A program made the translations under genes and the position numbers. The notes under the pieces were generated by a model. The model worked only from the letters and a program-made list of their open reading frames with translations, was not told where the DNA came from and made no database searches. DNA of 64,000 nucleotides from Myxococcales bacterium (GTDB lineage Bacteria; Myxococcota_A; UBA9042), in the NCBI GenBank assembly GCA_009692465.1, contig SHZD01000001.1, positions 18,218-82,217 of the forward strand, written 5' to 3'. Below are positions 17,083-26,995 of the stretch, one piece after another; the first letter of the stretch is position 1, and each line of letters starts with the position of its first letter.

Positions 17083-19218
17083 ATGACCGATTCGAGCGAC
17101 CAAGCAAACGCTTCACCACGGCGCCGCTGGCCTAGCGGCGCGATCGAGTGGGCGGCGTGCTTGGTTTGGGTCGCATGGGTCGCAGGAGTGTGGATCGAGT
17201 CCCTCGAGACCGTCCGGCCCTTTGTGCCTCACATGTTCGACGGGCCGTTCCAACTCCTCAATCCGCTGCGGCGCATCGCAGCGGGGCAGGTCCCTGGTCA
17301 GGATTTCCAGTATTTCCATGGCATCTTGCAACCGTACTTGCACACGCCAATCTATGTGCTGGCCGGAGCCGACGTGTTCGCGGCTGAGTTCTCTCGCCAT
17401 GCGACGTCGCACATCGCTTCGGGCCTAGTGTGGTCGGTTTGGCTTTTCACGCTAATCGGGCGCAGGCGCGCGCTGATCCTTGCGCCATGGGTGCTAGTCG
17501 CGGTGCTGGCGGCCGGCCCGGTGTTGTTGTCGCGTCCGTCCAACTCGCTACTTGGCATGCGGTCCGCGCTGCCCCTGCTGGTGGCGGCGGCCGTGGCGCA
17601 GGGCCGAAGCGGCAGTTGGGTTGGTCTCGGCCAAGGAGCCCTGACTGGCATGGCCTTGCTCGCTGGAACGGAGCAGGGGCTGGCCACCATCGCCGCCTGG
17701 TTCTTGGCTTGGTGGCTAGGCCCGAAGGTATGCGGCCAGCGACCTGACTTGAGGCAGCTTGGGCTATGGCTGTTCGGATTGATGGCGTCGGTGGCCGTGG
17801 TGCTCGGCCTGCTGACTGGTGGCGACCTTGCAGCGATCCATTCCATCCTGCATTACAACCTGATCCTCGTCCCTACAGACCAATTCTGGTACTTTGGCGC
17901 GCCGCCCAACAAGCTGCTGGCCAACTGGCGGGATCTCGCGCACGAACCCCTTGTGCTGGCGGCAGCTCTGGGGCATTTGGCGCTGCTGGCCGTGGTGGTC
18001 CGCGATGGACTGCGCGGCGTGCTGAAGCCCGAGCAGACGCGCGCGCTCTTGCTTATGGGGCTGTTGGGCCTGGCCGGGATGGCGACGTTCCTCGGCTACG
18101 TCAGCGTGCCCGCGCTGGTGCCGGTCGCGCGGCTGGGGCTGCTCAGCGGGTTGGCTTGGCTATTATGGCGTTCACATAAACTGCAGTCCGCGGTTCGCGT
18201 TGCAATTGCGTCGCCAACTCTGGGTGCGTCACTGCAGGCCGTTGCAACGGCAGAATCGGGCGAGCTGGTCGGTGGCCGGGAGTTTCCGACTGCGATTGAG
18301 GCCGCGGAGCCGGGCAAAGGGGACCAGCAGGCTAAAGTGGACATCACGGGCCCACCGTCGCTGCGGCTGGTGTTCTGGAAAGTGGCGAGTTTGGGCCTAG
18401 CCACGATTCTTGTGGTTGGGCTGGGTGTTCGCCTCTCGTCGTCGTTGGCGAAACCGCCGCAGCTTGGCAGCAAGGAAATGACCTGGCTGGCAGACGCGAC
18501 GCGCGAGGTACACCGGGTCGCCGTGAAGGGCCAACTGCCAGTGTGGTCGTGGTATGCGGGGTTGCTTGAAGCTGAGTTGGGCTCGTTCACGCCATCCCAC
18601 GACTACATCATCCATGGCCTTGGGCCTAAAGGCCGACCAGAGTACCTCGCCAAGCTGCGGGCCGCGAGGCCGACTGTGGTCCACACTTTCCGGCGGGATA
18701 GTTTCGAATACGAGGACTGGCTGCAAAGCGCGTCGTGGGCAATTTACCAATACTTGCTCGATCATTACCGACCCCTGTTGCGAAGTGGGCTCAGCCAGCT
18801 ATGGCTGCGCACGGACCCCGCGGAAACTGCCGAGTTGCCTCTGGTGGCGGTGCCATGGCAAGAGAAAGATGGCGAAGCGTTTGCTAAACTGCCGCAAACG
18901 CAGACGAACCGCTCGATACTCGAAGTTACGGTTCACTATCGTGCACACAATCCGTGGAAGGCGCTGCCCCTGTTCGGCAAAGTGCAGCGCTGGCTGTTCA
19001 CCCCGACCGGTGCTGACAATCGCCATCCGGTCGCGTTGCCTGACTGGACCGACACTTGGACCGTGCCGGTGTTTGTCCGCGATCGCACTCGGACTGTGCG
19101 CATCCACTTGCGCTCGGTCGGCTTGTTGCCGGGCACACGCTTGACTCCTCTGTCGATTCAAGTTCGCGAGCGGTCTCTTACGCTGGCCCAAGCTGAAGTG
19201 TTCTTCGGAGTCCCGTAG
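17083..19218 (+). CDS. Large integral membrane protein, function unknown
   Basis: About 711 aa from the ATG at 17083 (MTDSSDQ). The N-terminal roughly 450 aa is rich in TM segments and the C-terminal roughly 250 aa looks soluble. I recognised no catalytic motif. Confidence 0.6.
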   Translation: MTDSSDQANASPRRRWPSGAIEWAACLVWVAWVAGVWIESLETVRPFVPHMFDGPFQLLNPLRRIAAGQVPGQDFQYFHGILQPYLHTPIYVLAGADVFAAEFSRHATSHIASGLVWSVWLFTLIGRRRALILAPWVLVAVLAAGPVLLSRPSNSLLGMRSALPLLVAAAVAQGRSGSWVGLGQGALTGMALLAGTEQGLATIAAWFLAWWLGPKVCGQRPDLRQLGLWLFGLMASVAVVLGLLTGGDLAAIHSILHYNLILVPTDQFWYFGAPPNKLLANWRDLAHEPLVLAAALGHLALLAVVVRDGLRGVLKPEQTRALLLMGLLGLAGMATFLGYVSVPALVPVARLGLLSGLAWLLWRSHKLQSAVRVAIASPTLGASLQAVATAESGELVGGREFPTAIEAAEPGKGDQQAKVDITGPPSLRLVFWKVASLGLATILVVGLGVRLSSSLAKPPQLGSKEMTWLADATREVHRVAVKGQLPVWSWYAGLLEAELGSFTPSHDYIIHGLGPKGRPEYLAKLRAARPTVVHTFRRDSFEYEDWLQSASWAIYQYLLDHYRPLLRSGLSQLWLRTDPAETAELPLVAVPWQEKDGEAFAKLPQTQTNRSILEVTVHYRAHNPWKALPLFGKVQRWLFTPTGADNRHPVALPDWTDTWTVPVFVRDRTRTVRIHLRSVGLLPGTRLTPLSIQVRERSLTLAQAEVFFGVP

Positions 19219-19230
19219 CACTTTGTCATC

Positions 19231-19254
19231 TGGCCTTGGCAGTGCCAGAGGCCA
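19231..19254 (+). terminator. Strong hairpin just after the membrane-protein stop (possible terminator)
   Basis: TGGCCTTGGCA-G-TGCCA(G)AGGCCA forms 11 bp with one bulge. The downstream tract is only weakly T-rich (CTGTGTGTGCACTTTGG). Confidence 0.3.
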
Positions 19255-19805
19255 CTGTGTGTGCACTTTGGTATCCCGGACGTCATCGTCTATTCCACGG
19301 CAAGCACACCAGAGTCGCCGGCCCTGACTCAATCCAAATTACTTTCAATGAAGCTCATTGGCGTGAAACTGGATTATGGGCGAGCGACTGGCGACCAAAC
19401 ATCGATCGATTCCCCGCACGCCCGGAGTTCCTCGCGCACGGTCAGCAGTGAGCCACTTGAGACCAGGCAAATGCGGTGCCGTGCGAGTCAGAGCCCGATT
19501 TCGCGGCGGTCGAATCGTGAACTGAGCCTTCAGCGGGATGACTTTGGGTGACTCGTTCTGTTCGGTTTCCGCAGTGTGAGGCACTCGGGATCGGCAGATG
19601 ACTGCCCGCCGACGTTTGCCCACGCGATCTAGCCGTCGAACCGAACAACAACGGCCGTAGCGCTCAGTTTCTTGCGCCAGACTTGAGTGCCGTGGCCCTA
19701 GCGATCGCTGTGCAACTTGCGTTCGTGTGGCTTTGCAATTGCTCCGCCCTGCTTCATACTCGCGCCCGCGCGCCTTCGCACCCTTGCAAAATCTGGCAGA
19801 ACAGC

Positions 19806-21107
19806 ATGGCCTCAGTACATCAACGCTATCGCATCATCGAAAAAATCGACGCGGGCGGTATGGCCGAGATCTACAAGGGCGTCGCTGTCTCGCTCGACGG
19901 CTTTGAAAGAGCCGTTGCCATCAAGCGAATTCTGCCCAGTTTGACCCAAGATCCCAAGTTCGTTGCGATGTTTCTCGATGAGGCGCGACTGTCGATGCAG
20001 TTGACCCACGCTAATGTCGTGCAGATTCTCGATATGGGCCGAGTCGGTGAAACCTACTTTATGGCCATGGAGTTGGTCGACGGCGCCAACTTACGCCGGG
20101 TGATGCAACGGACCATCGATCTGGGCATGCAAGTTCCCGCCAACGTTGCCTGCTTTTTGGCTATGGAAATCGCCAAAGGTTTGGCCTATGCCCACGAAAA
20201 AACAGACCCACAGGGCCAGTCGCTGGGCATCGTCCATCGCGATGTTTCGCCGCCCAACGTGCTCGTGTCGCGGCAAGGTGAAGTCAAGATCACCGATTTT
20301 GGCTTGGCCAAGGCAAAAAGCAACGTCTTCGTTTCAGATGTCAATGTTGTTAAAGGAAAATTTGCCTACTTGAGTCCCGAAGTCGTCGAAGGCAAGGAGC
20401 CGGACGGACGCTCTGATATTTACGCGGTCGGCATCATTTTGTGGGAACTGCTGTGTGGTCGCAAGCTGTTTGCCGGCAAAAATGACAACGATACAATAGA
20501 GTTGGTTCGCAAGGGCGAGATTCCCAAAGTGGCGCCGACACGGGCGGACGTCGACGACGACCTCGACAAGTTGATTCAACGCGCGTTGGCCAAGAACTTG
20601 AAGCGCCGCTTCCAGACGTGCCGCGAAATGGAACAGGAATTAGGCAACTATCTAGCCCGCAAAGGTCTGCGCGCGACCACTGCGGACCTTAGCCAGTTCA
20701 TGCGGGAACTACTTGATACGCAGTACGAAATTGAAACATTTGATGTCCTAACTTTGCTTACCCATGAAATGCACGAACTGGCTCGATTGGGTCAAGTTGA
20801 CCTCACGATCGGCCAAATCCCATTGCGGCCTGCTGCCTTGCGCGCAAAGTCCGTTTCCAAGCTGGAAATCGGCAAGATGCTTGATAACTTGGATGAGAGT
20901 GAGCTGGACGAACTGGCTCACAATGATACCAGCGACGGCGGATTGGCGGATCGGCTTGAGCCTGCTGAAGTCTCGCGCGCGAGCACGATGCTGGCAGCCC
21001 ATTCGCCGCAGAAGAATGCCAAATCAAAATGGGTCATCCCAGCCGTCATTGTCTTTTGCTTGCTGTTGACCGTGGCAGCGTTGGTCGCGTTTAGGGTCAT
21101 CCGTTAG
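19806..21107 (+). CDS. Ser/Thr protein kinase with C-terminal membrane anchor
   Basis: Hanks motifs are present: GAGGMAEIYKG, AIKRI, HRDVSPPNVLV, DFGLAK and SPE. The C-terminal TM segment is VIPAVIVFCLLLTVAALVAF. I set the start at the ATG at 19806. Confidence 0.9.
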   Translation: MASVHQRYRIIEKIDAGGMAEIYKGVAVSLDGFERAVAIKRILPSLTQDPKFVAMFLDEARLSMQLTHANVVQILDMGRVGETYFMAMELVDGANLRRVMQRTIDLGMQVPANVACFLAMEIAKGLAYAHEKTDPQGQSLGIVHRDVSPPNVLVSRQGEVKITDFGLAKAKSNVFVSDVNVVKGKFAYLSPEVVEGKEPDGRSDIYAVGIILWELLCGRKLFAGKNDNDTIELVRKGEIPKVAPTRADVDDDLDKLIQRALAKNLKRRFQTCREMEQELGNYLARKGLRATTADLSQFMRELLDTQYEIETFDVLTLLTHEMHELARLGQVDLTIGQIPLRPAALRAKSVSKLEIGKMLDNLDESELDELAHNDTSDGGLADRLEPAEVSRASTMLAAHSPQKNAKSKWVIPAVIVFCLLLTVAALVAFRVIR

Positions 21108-21218
21108 GAACTGAAAATCGGGCGATCGAACGCTGCTTGCACATTGCGTGCGCAGACCCTTTCGCCGCCAACAGGCAACCAAGGCCGCGCCGGTGCGTGG
21201 CATCTTTTCGGGGGCAAC

Positions 21219-21869
21219 ATGAAGTTTTTTGTTGACACAGCGGACATTGGTGAAATCCGTAAGGCGTTGGCTTGGGGCATTCTGGATGGCGTGACGACCA
21301 ATCCGTCGTTGGTGGCCAAAACTGGCCGCCGGTTCGAAGACGTCCGCGCTGAAATCCTCGATCTGGTCAAGGGGCCAGTGTCGCTTGAAGTGACAGACAT
21401 GACGCTCGACGGCATGCTAACCCAAGGCCGCGCACTCGCTGCTTTGGCACCGCAGGTGGTCGTCAAGTTGCCACTGACACGCGAGGGAATTGCGGCGTGC
21501 AAGGCTTTGTCCGACGAAGGGATTCGCACCAACGTCACCCTGTGTTTTTCGGCTAGCCAGGCGCTGCTCGCCGCCAAGGCCGGGGCTACCTACATTTCGC
21601 CGTTCGTCGGTCGCCTTGACGACGTATCCATGGACGGCATGTTGTTGATTGCGGATATTATTCAAATTTATCGCAATTATGGCTACGCAACCAATGTGCT
21701 GGTGGCCTCGTGTCGGCATCCGATGCACATTGTTAGCGCGGCCAAACTTGGAGCGCAGGTCTGCACGGTGCCGTATAAGGTCCTGGATCAGTTGTTCAAT
21801 CACCCGCTAACGGATCTCGGCAACGCGCAGTTTCTCAAGGACTGGGCCAAAGTTCCCGGCCAAAATTAG
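21219..21869 (+). CDS. tal: Transaldolase, short (Fsa/TalC-like) type
   Basis: 216 aa, beginning [14 protein letters not shown], with [12 protein letters not shown] and SPFVGRLDD. Confidence 0.9.
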   Translation: MKFFVDTADIGEIRKALAWGILDGVTTNPSLVAKTGRRFEDVRAEILDLVKGPVSLEVTDMTLDGMLTQGRALAALAPQVVVKLPLTREGIAACKALSDEGIRTNVTLCFSASQALLAAKAGATYISPFVGRLDDVSMDGMLLIADIIQIYRNYGYATNVLVASCRHPMHIVSAAKLGAQVCTVPYKVLDQLFNHPLTDLGNAQFLKDWAKVPGQN

Positions 21870-21978
21870 AAGCAAGCAGACGATTAGACTGATCTGCGCG
21901 TCGCGCCGTTGGTCGCTTGTTGCATCGCCTGCGACCAGCACCGTCCAAAATAGCTGTTGGGTGCCCATTCGCCGCTCC

Positions 21979-22119
21979 TTAGGAACTGTCCCAGAATAAG
22001 TCATCCTGGGACTGGTTCCGTTTGCTTGCTTTGTTGGTCGCTAAGCTCGCGTCCTGAAAGGCCGACTCGCCGCTCCTGTGTTGCCCAGATCGATCGAGTC
22101 ATTTGAGAACAGTTCCTTA
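21979..22119. mobile_element. 135-bp TTA-flanked inverted-repeat element (second subfamily, reverse orientation)
   Basis: TTA(21979-21981), the element (21982-22116) and TTA(22117-22119). Termini are GGAACTGTCCCAG..GAGAACAGTTCC. The left end forms a hairpin from GGAACTGTCCCAG and CTGGGACTGGTTCC. Confidence 0.8.
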
Positions 22120-22274
22120 GGTCGTTTAGGATTTTTCTTAGGTCGGGGTTGTTGCTCAGGGCTCCAATGCCTCATTCAATGCAACACGGTTTTGGGCTCC
22201 TAAAACTGGATTCGTGAATTGCTTGCCCTCGCCACCTCAACTAGATCGCAAGTCCACTTCGGACTGGGACTGCT

Positions 22275-24899
22275 GTGCCGCAGACACCTCCAAATGAAGC
22301 GCCGCTGACCGAGCCCGCCGGAACGGTGCGGGTGGGCAGGAGCACTTTGAGTGGCGGCGGTCGTTGGATCGCGCGCGGATTCATGGTGGTGCTGCTGTTG
22401 GTCGCGCCGCTGTGGCAAGCGAGTACCTCGGTCGCAGCCGTTGTCACACTGGGGATCCTGACAGCGCTAGTGTGGCTGTTTTCTGTACCCGCTGTACCGA
22501 GGCGCAAGCCGCAACTTTTGACGATCTGGTTGTGGTTGGGGCTTGCAGTGTGGTCCTTGTTGCATGTGGTGCCCTTGCCCTTTGGCGTTGTAGCAGCGCT
22601 CAATCCGTTAGCGGCCGAATTGCATACCAAAATGAGTATTGCTACAGGGTTACCGTCGGCGGCGTGGGTGCCTCTGGCGGTGGCCCCAGGCGACGCTTCG
22701 CTGCAGGTGGTGGTCTACTTGCTCGCGGCGGTCAACTCGTACCTGTTGGCCAATTTGCTCCAAAGCAGCGGCGGCAAGCGTATGGGGCGGGTAGTCGTGC
22801 AGATTTTCGCTGCGACCGGGCTGGTCGCCGGGCTGGTATTCATTGCGACGGCTCCGGAAGGCCGCGAAATCTTGCCGGATGGTGTCTACAAAGCATTGAC
22901 ATTGTTGCAGATAATCAACTCAAATCACGTTGCGGGCTACCTGTTGCTCTGCCTTGGCGTGACGGTCGGCATGGCGGTGCACGGCGGCGGTGGCACAAGG
23001 CAACTCATTTACGGTGTAATTTCCATTGCATTGGTGATGTTGATCGTAGCTACTGGCTCCCGTGGAGGCATGATCGTTGTGGCGGTCCTGTTATTGGCGA
23101 CGACCGCCACCACTCCAACGCCGCCGCGATACATGCGGTTGGACCCCAGCATCACCCAGTCCAAAGCGCGCTATCGCGCAAGCATGATGGCGGCCTGCGC
23201 CCTGCTGGCTTTGGCGGCGGTCGGCTGGCCTGTTTTTGAGCAGGAGTTCATCACTAATCTGGAACTCGAGAGAGACGGGAAAGTCCAGCTTTTTAAGATG
23301 TTGCCTGGTCTTGTGGCGAAGACGCCGATTCTTTTCGGCTGGGGCGTCGGCGGCATTCCGGTACACGTGGCGATGGCCGGAAATTTCAACGTCCGCACGG
23401 ATTTTGCCGAAAACCTCGTACTTGAACGCATAGCCAATGATGGCTGGCTAGGCGCGATTCTGTTTTTCGTCGGCCTTGCCTTTGTCGCCGTGCAGATGCT
23501 GCGCCGCACCGACCGCATCTACGCCGCCATGCCTTTTGTGGTGGCGCCGTTTGCGGTGCTAGTCGCTAATCTTGTTGATTTTTCAATAGAAATGGCCGGG
23601 GTCATGGTGCCGATGGCCTGTGTGTGCGTACTGGCCGAGTATCGCTTCAAGCTGTCGAAACGCCAGACTGAGTCGGTAGAGGACCGTTGCACTCGCTTTC
23701 ATGTTGGCATGATGGCACTTTGCGGCTTGGCCCTGCTGGCGGTTGGTTGGCTGTTGGTTGTGCGCGTAGACAATAAGCTGACTCGGGATATGGCGCGCAA
23801 TGATCTCCAGAACATCAAACTTGCCGAGGTCTTGCCATCGCTGCAGCGTGATTTTGCTTACGACGCCCACAGTGCGTACCTCGTTGGCCGCGTGGCTGTC
23901 GAAGAGGGCAAGCCGAATTTGGCAGTCAAGCTTTTGGACCGCGCCGTGGCCTTGCGACCGGCAAGCACCCATGCGCATTTGTTTCGGTTTGCCGTTCGCC
24001 TGCAGACAGGTGACGTCGAAGGTGCCGGTGCAGACCTGAAGTGGATTTTTGCCCATGGCACTGAAGTGTCGACCCACGCCTTGGAGTTGTGTGCGATTTC
24101 TCCGAAAGCGGAGGCGCTGCTCATCAACGTGCTGCCCCAAATGCCAGAGCACGCTTTGGCAATTACTTCGTATTTTGAAAAGACCCGACCCGACATCGTT
24201 GAGGCTGTGGCCATCGACTTGCGTAAGCGTTATCCAGATCGCCGTTTTGCCATTGAGGTTTTGCGAGCCAAACTCTATTTGGAGCGCGGAAAAATTTTGC
24301 AGGCCAAGGAAATTGCCGCCGGTCTAATGGCTAGGCCGGAAACTCAGTTGGATGGCTTCTTTGTCGAGGCCCGCATCTTGATCATGCAAAACAAGGGATA
24401 TGAGGCGTTTCACCTGTATCGCGAAGTCTGCGAAAAACGGCCAGCACACGAAGCCTGTGGTGCTGCGGCGTGGACTGTATTGGGCCTGACGCGACCCGAC
24501 TTGGCGCTTGAGTTCTTGCGCAAGATTCAGCCGCAAAGCTTCGCCACACCCGTCAATGCGGCGCGCTTTTGGCATTGGATGGCTACGGCGCACGCTCAAT
24601 CTGACAATTGGGAGGAGGCCGTGGACGCGGCCCGTCGGTCCTACATTCTCTATTCGGGCGATGTCGGCGCAGGCTTGCTTTTGGCCGAGTGTCTGTTTCA
24701 CGAGTCGCTGTTCGGTGAACTCCAAGAGTTGGCTGAGCGCCTGCATCGCGACTTCTCGGCTGATTCTAGGGTCTTACAGCTGGTAGAACGTGTCCAAACT
24801 GCTGGCAAACCACTGGCGTTTGCAGCGCGCCGCGCCGCGCATCTTCCCGGCGCCGCTTCTGCGGCGGCCGACGACGTCAGTCCGGTGGCTAGGCCCTAG
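22275..24899 (+). CDS. O-antigen ligase/polymerase-like (Wzy_C) membrane protein with C-terminal TPR-like domain
   Basis: 874 aa, with about 10 or more TM segments and the GSRGG motif (ATGSRGGMIVV). The C-terminal roughly 350 aa is helical-repeat-like. Confidence 0.7.
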   Translation: MPQTPPNEAPLTEPAGTVRVGRSTLSGGGRWIARGFMVVLLLVAPLWQASTSVAAVVTLGILTALVWLFSVPAVPRRKPQLLTIWLWLGLAVWSLLHVVPLPFGVVAALNPLAAELHTKMSIATGLPSAAWVPLAVAPGDASLQVVVYLLAAVNSYLLANLLQSSGGKRMGRVVVQIFAATGLVAGLVFIATAPEGREILPDGVYKALTLLQIINSNHVAGYLLLCLGVTVGMAVHGGGGTRQLIYGVISIALVMLIVATGSRGGMIVVAVLLLATTATTPTPPRYMRLDPSITQSKARYRASMMAACALLALAAVGWPVFEQEFITNLELERDGKVQLFKMLPGLVAKTPILFGWGVGGIPVHVAMAGNFNVRTDFAENLVLERIANDGWLGAILFFVGLAFVAVQMLRRTDRIYAAMPFVVAPFAVLVANLVDFSIEMAGVMVPMACVCVLAEYRFKLSKRQTESVEDRCTRFHVGMMALCGLALLAVGWLLVVRVDNKLTRDMARNDLQNIKLAEVLPSLQRDFAYDAHSAYLVGRVAVEEGKPNLAVKLLDRAVALRPASTHAHLFRFAVRLQTGDVEGAGADLKWIFAHGTEVSTHALELCAISPKAEALLINVLPQMPEHALAITSYFEKTRPDIVEAVAIDLRKRYPDRRFAIEVLRAKLYLERGKILQAKEIAAGLMARPETQLDGFFVEARILIMQNKGYEAFHLYREVCEKRPAHEACGAAAWTVLGLTRPDLALEFLRKIQPQSFATPVNAARFWHWMATAHAQSDNWEEAVDAARRSYILYSGDVGAGLLLAECLFHESLFGELQELAERLHRDFSADSRVLQLVERVQTAGKPLAFAARRAAHLPGAASAAADDVSPVARP

Positions 24900-25026
24900 A
24901 CCTGTGCGATTTCCGGTTGATTTTACACCGCGGCCACTCGCTCGCTTGGTGTTCTGCACGCCCAAACGCCCTACTGAAATGCACCCAAAGTGGGGGATTG
25001 CGGAGGCTGGCCTGCGTTGACATCAG

Positions 25027-25055
25027 GCGATTGTGCGCCTACCTTGCCCGCGCTC
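25027..25055 (+). promoter_or_regulatory. Candidate sigma70-type promoter for etfBA
   Basis: TTGACA (25027-25032), a 17-nt spacer, then TACCTT (25050-25055), about 130 nt upstream of the etfB GTG. This rests on sequence match only. Confidence 0.25.
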
Positions 25056-25182
25056 GCTGGACCGCAAAGGGCCAGCTACAGCGCTTAACTTGATGTAATT
25101 GGTATGCTTTCGTCTATTTTTCAGCTCCGCGATTGCGCTTAATGCGCGGCGAAATTGCGGTCCTCGATACTAGGAGACTCCC

Positions 25183-25941
25183 GTGAAGATTCTGGTTTCC
25201 GCCAAACGGGTGAGCGACCCCAACGCCAAGCTTGCGGTTTCTACCGACGGCAAGTGGATTGAAGGCGACGTCGAGTACGTAATGAATTACTTTTGCGAAA
25301 ACGCCATTGAATGTGCGTTGCAACTCGTCGAAGAGCACGGTGACATCGAGACTATCGCGCTTGGCATCGGCGATTCCGACGAAACGGCGCGTTTCATTCG
25401 CCAAGGGGCTCTGGCTCGCGGCATCGATCGCGGGATTTTGGTTAGCGCCGATGAGCAGACGACGGATTCCGACCTGATTGCCCGGATTTACGCCAAAGTA
25501 GTGGCTCGAGAGCAACCGGATATCGTGCTGATTGGCAAACAAGCGGTGGACGGCGACTCCAATCAGGTAGGCCAGCTTTTGGCCGAGTATTTGGGTTGGC
25601 CTCAAGCTACGTTTGCATCCAAGGTGGCGATTGAGGGCGAGGAAGTCGTCGTCACGCGCGAAGTCGACGGTGGTCTCGAAACGCTGGCGATGACGATGCC
25701 CTGCGTGATCACTGCGGATTTGCGTTTGAACGAGCCGCGGTTTGCCCCACTGGCCGGCATTATGAAGGCCAAAAAGAAGCCACTGGAAGAACTGGAGCTG
25801 GACGACCTCGATCTGGGTGAAGCCAAGCCTAAGGTGCGCATAGTCAAGATGTTAACCCCAGACGGCCGCAAGTCCGGGGGCCTCGTCAAGGACGTCGATG
25901 ATCTGGTAGGCAAACTGCGCGGCGAAGCGCGAGTTATTTAG
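25183..25941 (+). CDS. etfB: Electron transfer flavoprotein, beta subunit
   Basis: MKILVSAKRV, LIGKQAVDGDSNQVGQ. GTG start with AGGAG upstream. Confidence 0.9.
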   Translation: MKILVSAKRVSDPNAKLAVSTDGKWIEGDVEYVMNYFCENAIECALQLVEEHGDIETIALGIGDSDETARFIRQGALARGIDRGILVSADEQTTDSDLIARIYAKVVAREQPDIVLIGKQAVDGDSNQVGQLLAEYLGWPQATFASKVAIEGEEVVVTREVDGGLETLAMTMPCVITADLRLNEPRFAPLAGIMKAKKKPLEELELDDLDLGEAKPKVRIVKMLTPDGRKSGGLVKDVDDLVGKLRGEARVI

Positions 25942-25998
25942 GGTATCTTCATCTATTCAACAGATTACGGAAATTCTTGCCCCACTGTGGAGTCGATC

Positions 25999-26973
25999 AT
26001 GGCCAAGGTACTAGTGATAGCCGAACACGAAAAAGGCTTGGTCAAGAAGCTGACCCTCAATTCGCTTGAATTTGCACGACAGTATGTGGCCAAGACGGGC
26101 GGCAGCATTGAAATCGGCGTGCTGGGCGCTGACGTGGCTGCGGTCGCCAGTGCTCTGACTGAGTACGGCGCCGCGGCCATTCACGTCGCCAACCACGACG
26201 ACTTGGCGCATCCCATTGCCACATCATGGGCCAAAGTCGTCGCCGATTTGGCCACCGCGGTCGGCGCAGATCTCGTGTGCATGTCGGCGTCAAGTCTGGG
26301 CAAAGACGTGTTGCCACGTGTCGCAGTCCGCCTTAACGCGGGTATGGCGTCTGATGTCGTCGCCGTAGTCGATGGCGGGCAAGGCCTTTGTTTCCGCAGA
26401 CCTATGTGGGCCGGCAACCTGACAGGCGATGTGGCCATCGACAGTGCGGTCAGGGTCATCAGCGTACGCTCATCGGCATTCGATGCGGCGCAACCTGTAG
26501 GTGGCCATTCGGCCATCCAGAATTTTAAGGCCGATCCCCAATTGGCCCGCGCTCGGGTGCGGTACGTCGGCTTTGAAGGGGTGGCGTCGAGTCGACCCGA
26601 TTTGACCGAGGCGACTGTCGTGGTTTCCGGTGGCCGCGGTCTCAAGGATCGCTTCAATCAAGTGACCGAGCCACTGGCGGACCTTCTGGGCGCAGCCATC
26701 GGTGCTTCCCGGGCCGCCGTCGACGATGGGTACGCGCCCAATGACTACCAAGTCGGTCAAACTGGCAAGGTTGTGGCGCCACAGTTGTACTTTGCCATCG
26801 CGATTTCGGGTGCAGTCCAGCACTTGGCCGGCATGAAAAACAGCAAAGTCATCGTCGCCATCAACAAGAACGCCGATGAGCCAATCTTCAAGGTGGCCGA
26901 CTATGGGTTGGTCGCCGACGCATTCGTCGCCGTACCAGAGTTAGTCAGTAAGATCACGGCGCTGCGCTCCTAA
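25999..26973 (+). CDS. etfA: Electron transfer flavoprotein, alpha subunit
   Basis: [10 protein letters not shown]. The C-terminal FAD-binding region has [37 protein letters not shown] and [10 protein letters not shown]. Confidence 0.9.
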   Translation: MAKVLVIAEHEKGLVKKLTLNSLEFARQYVAKTGGSIEIGVLGADVAAVASALTEYGAAAIHVANHDDLAHPIATSWAKVVADLATAVGADLVCMSASSLGKDVLPRVAVRLNAGMASDVVAVVDGGQGLCFRRPMWAGNLTGDVAIDSAVRVISVRSSAFDAAQPVGGHSAIQNFKADPQLARARVRYVGFEGVASSRPDLTEATVVVSGGRGLKDRFNQVTEPLADLLGAAIGASRAAVDDGYAPNDYQVGQTGKVVAPQLYFAIAISGAVQHLAGMKNSKVIVAINKNADEPIFKVADYGLVADAFVAVPELVSKITALRS

Positions 26974-26995
26974 ATCCGAGTAGATAGCCGCCGAA

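Noticed and set aside
19345-19623. 92-aa minus-strand ORF (MGKRRRAVICRSRV...) in the gap upstream of the kinase.
   Set aside because: It is highly basic and low-complexity, with no motif, no clear RBS and no codon bias distinct from background. It may be decayed element sequence.
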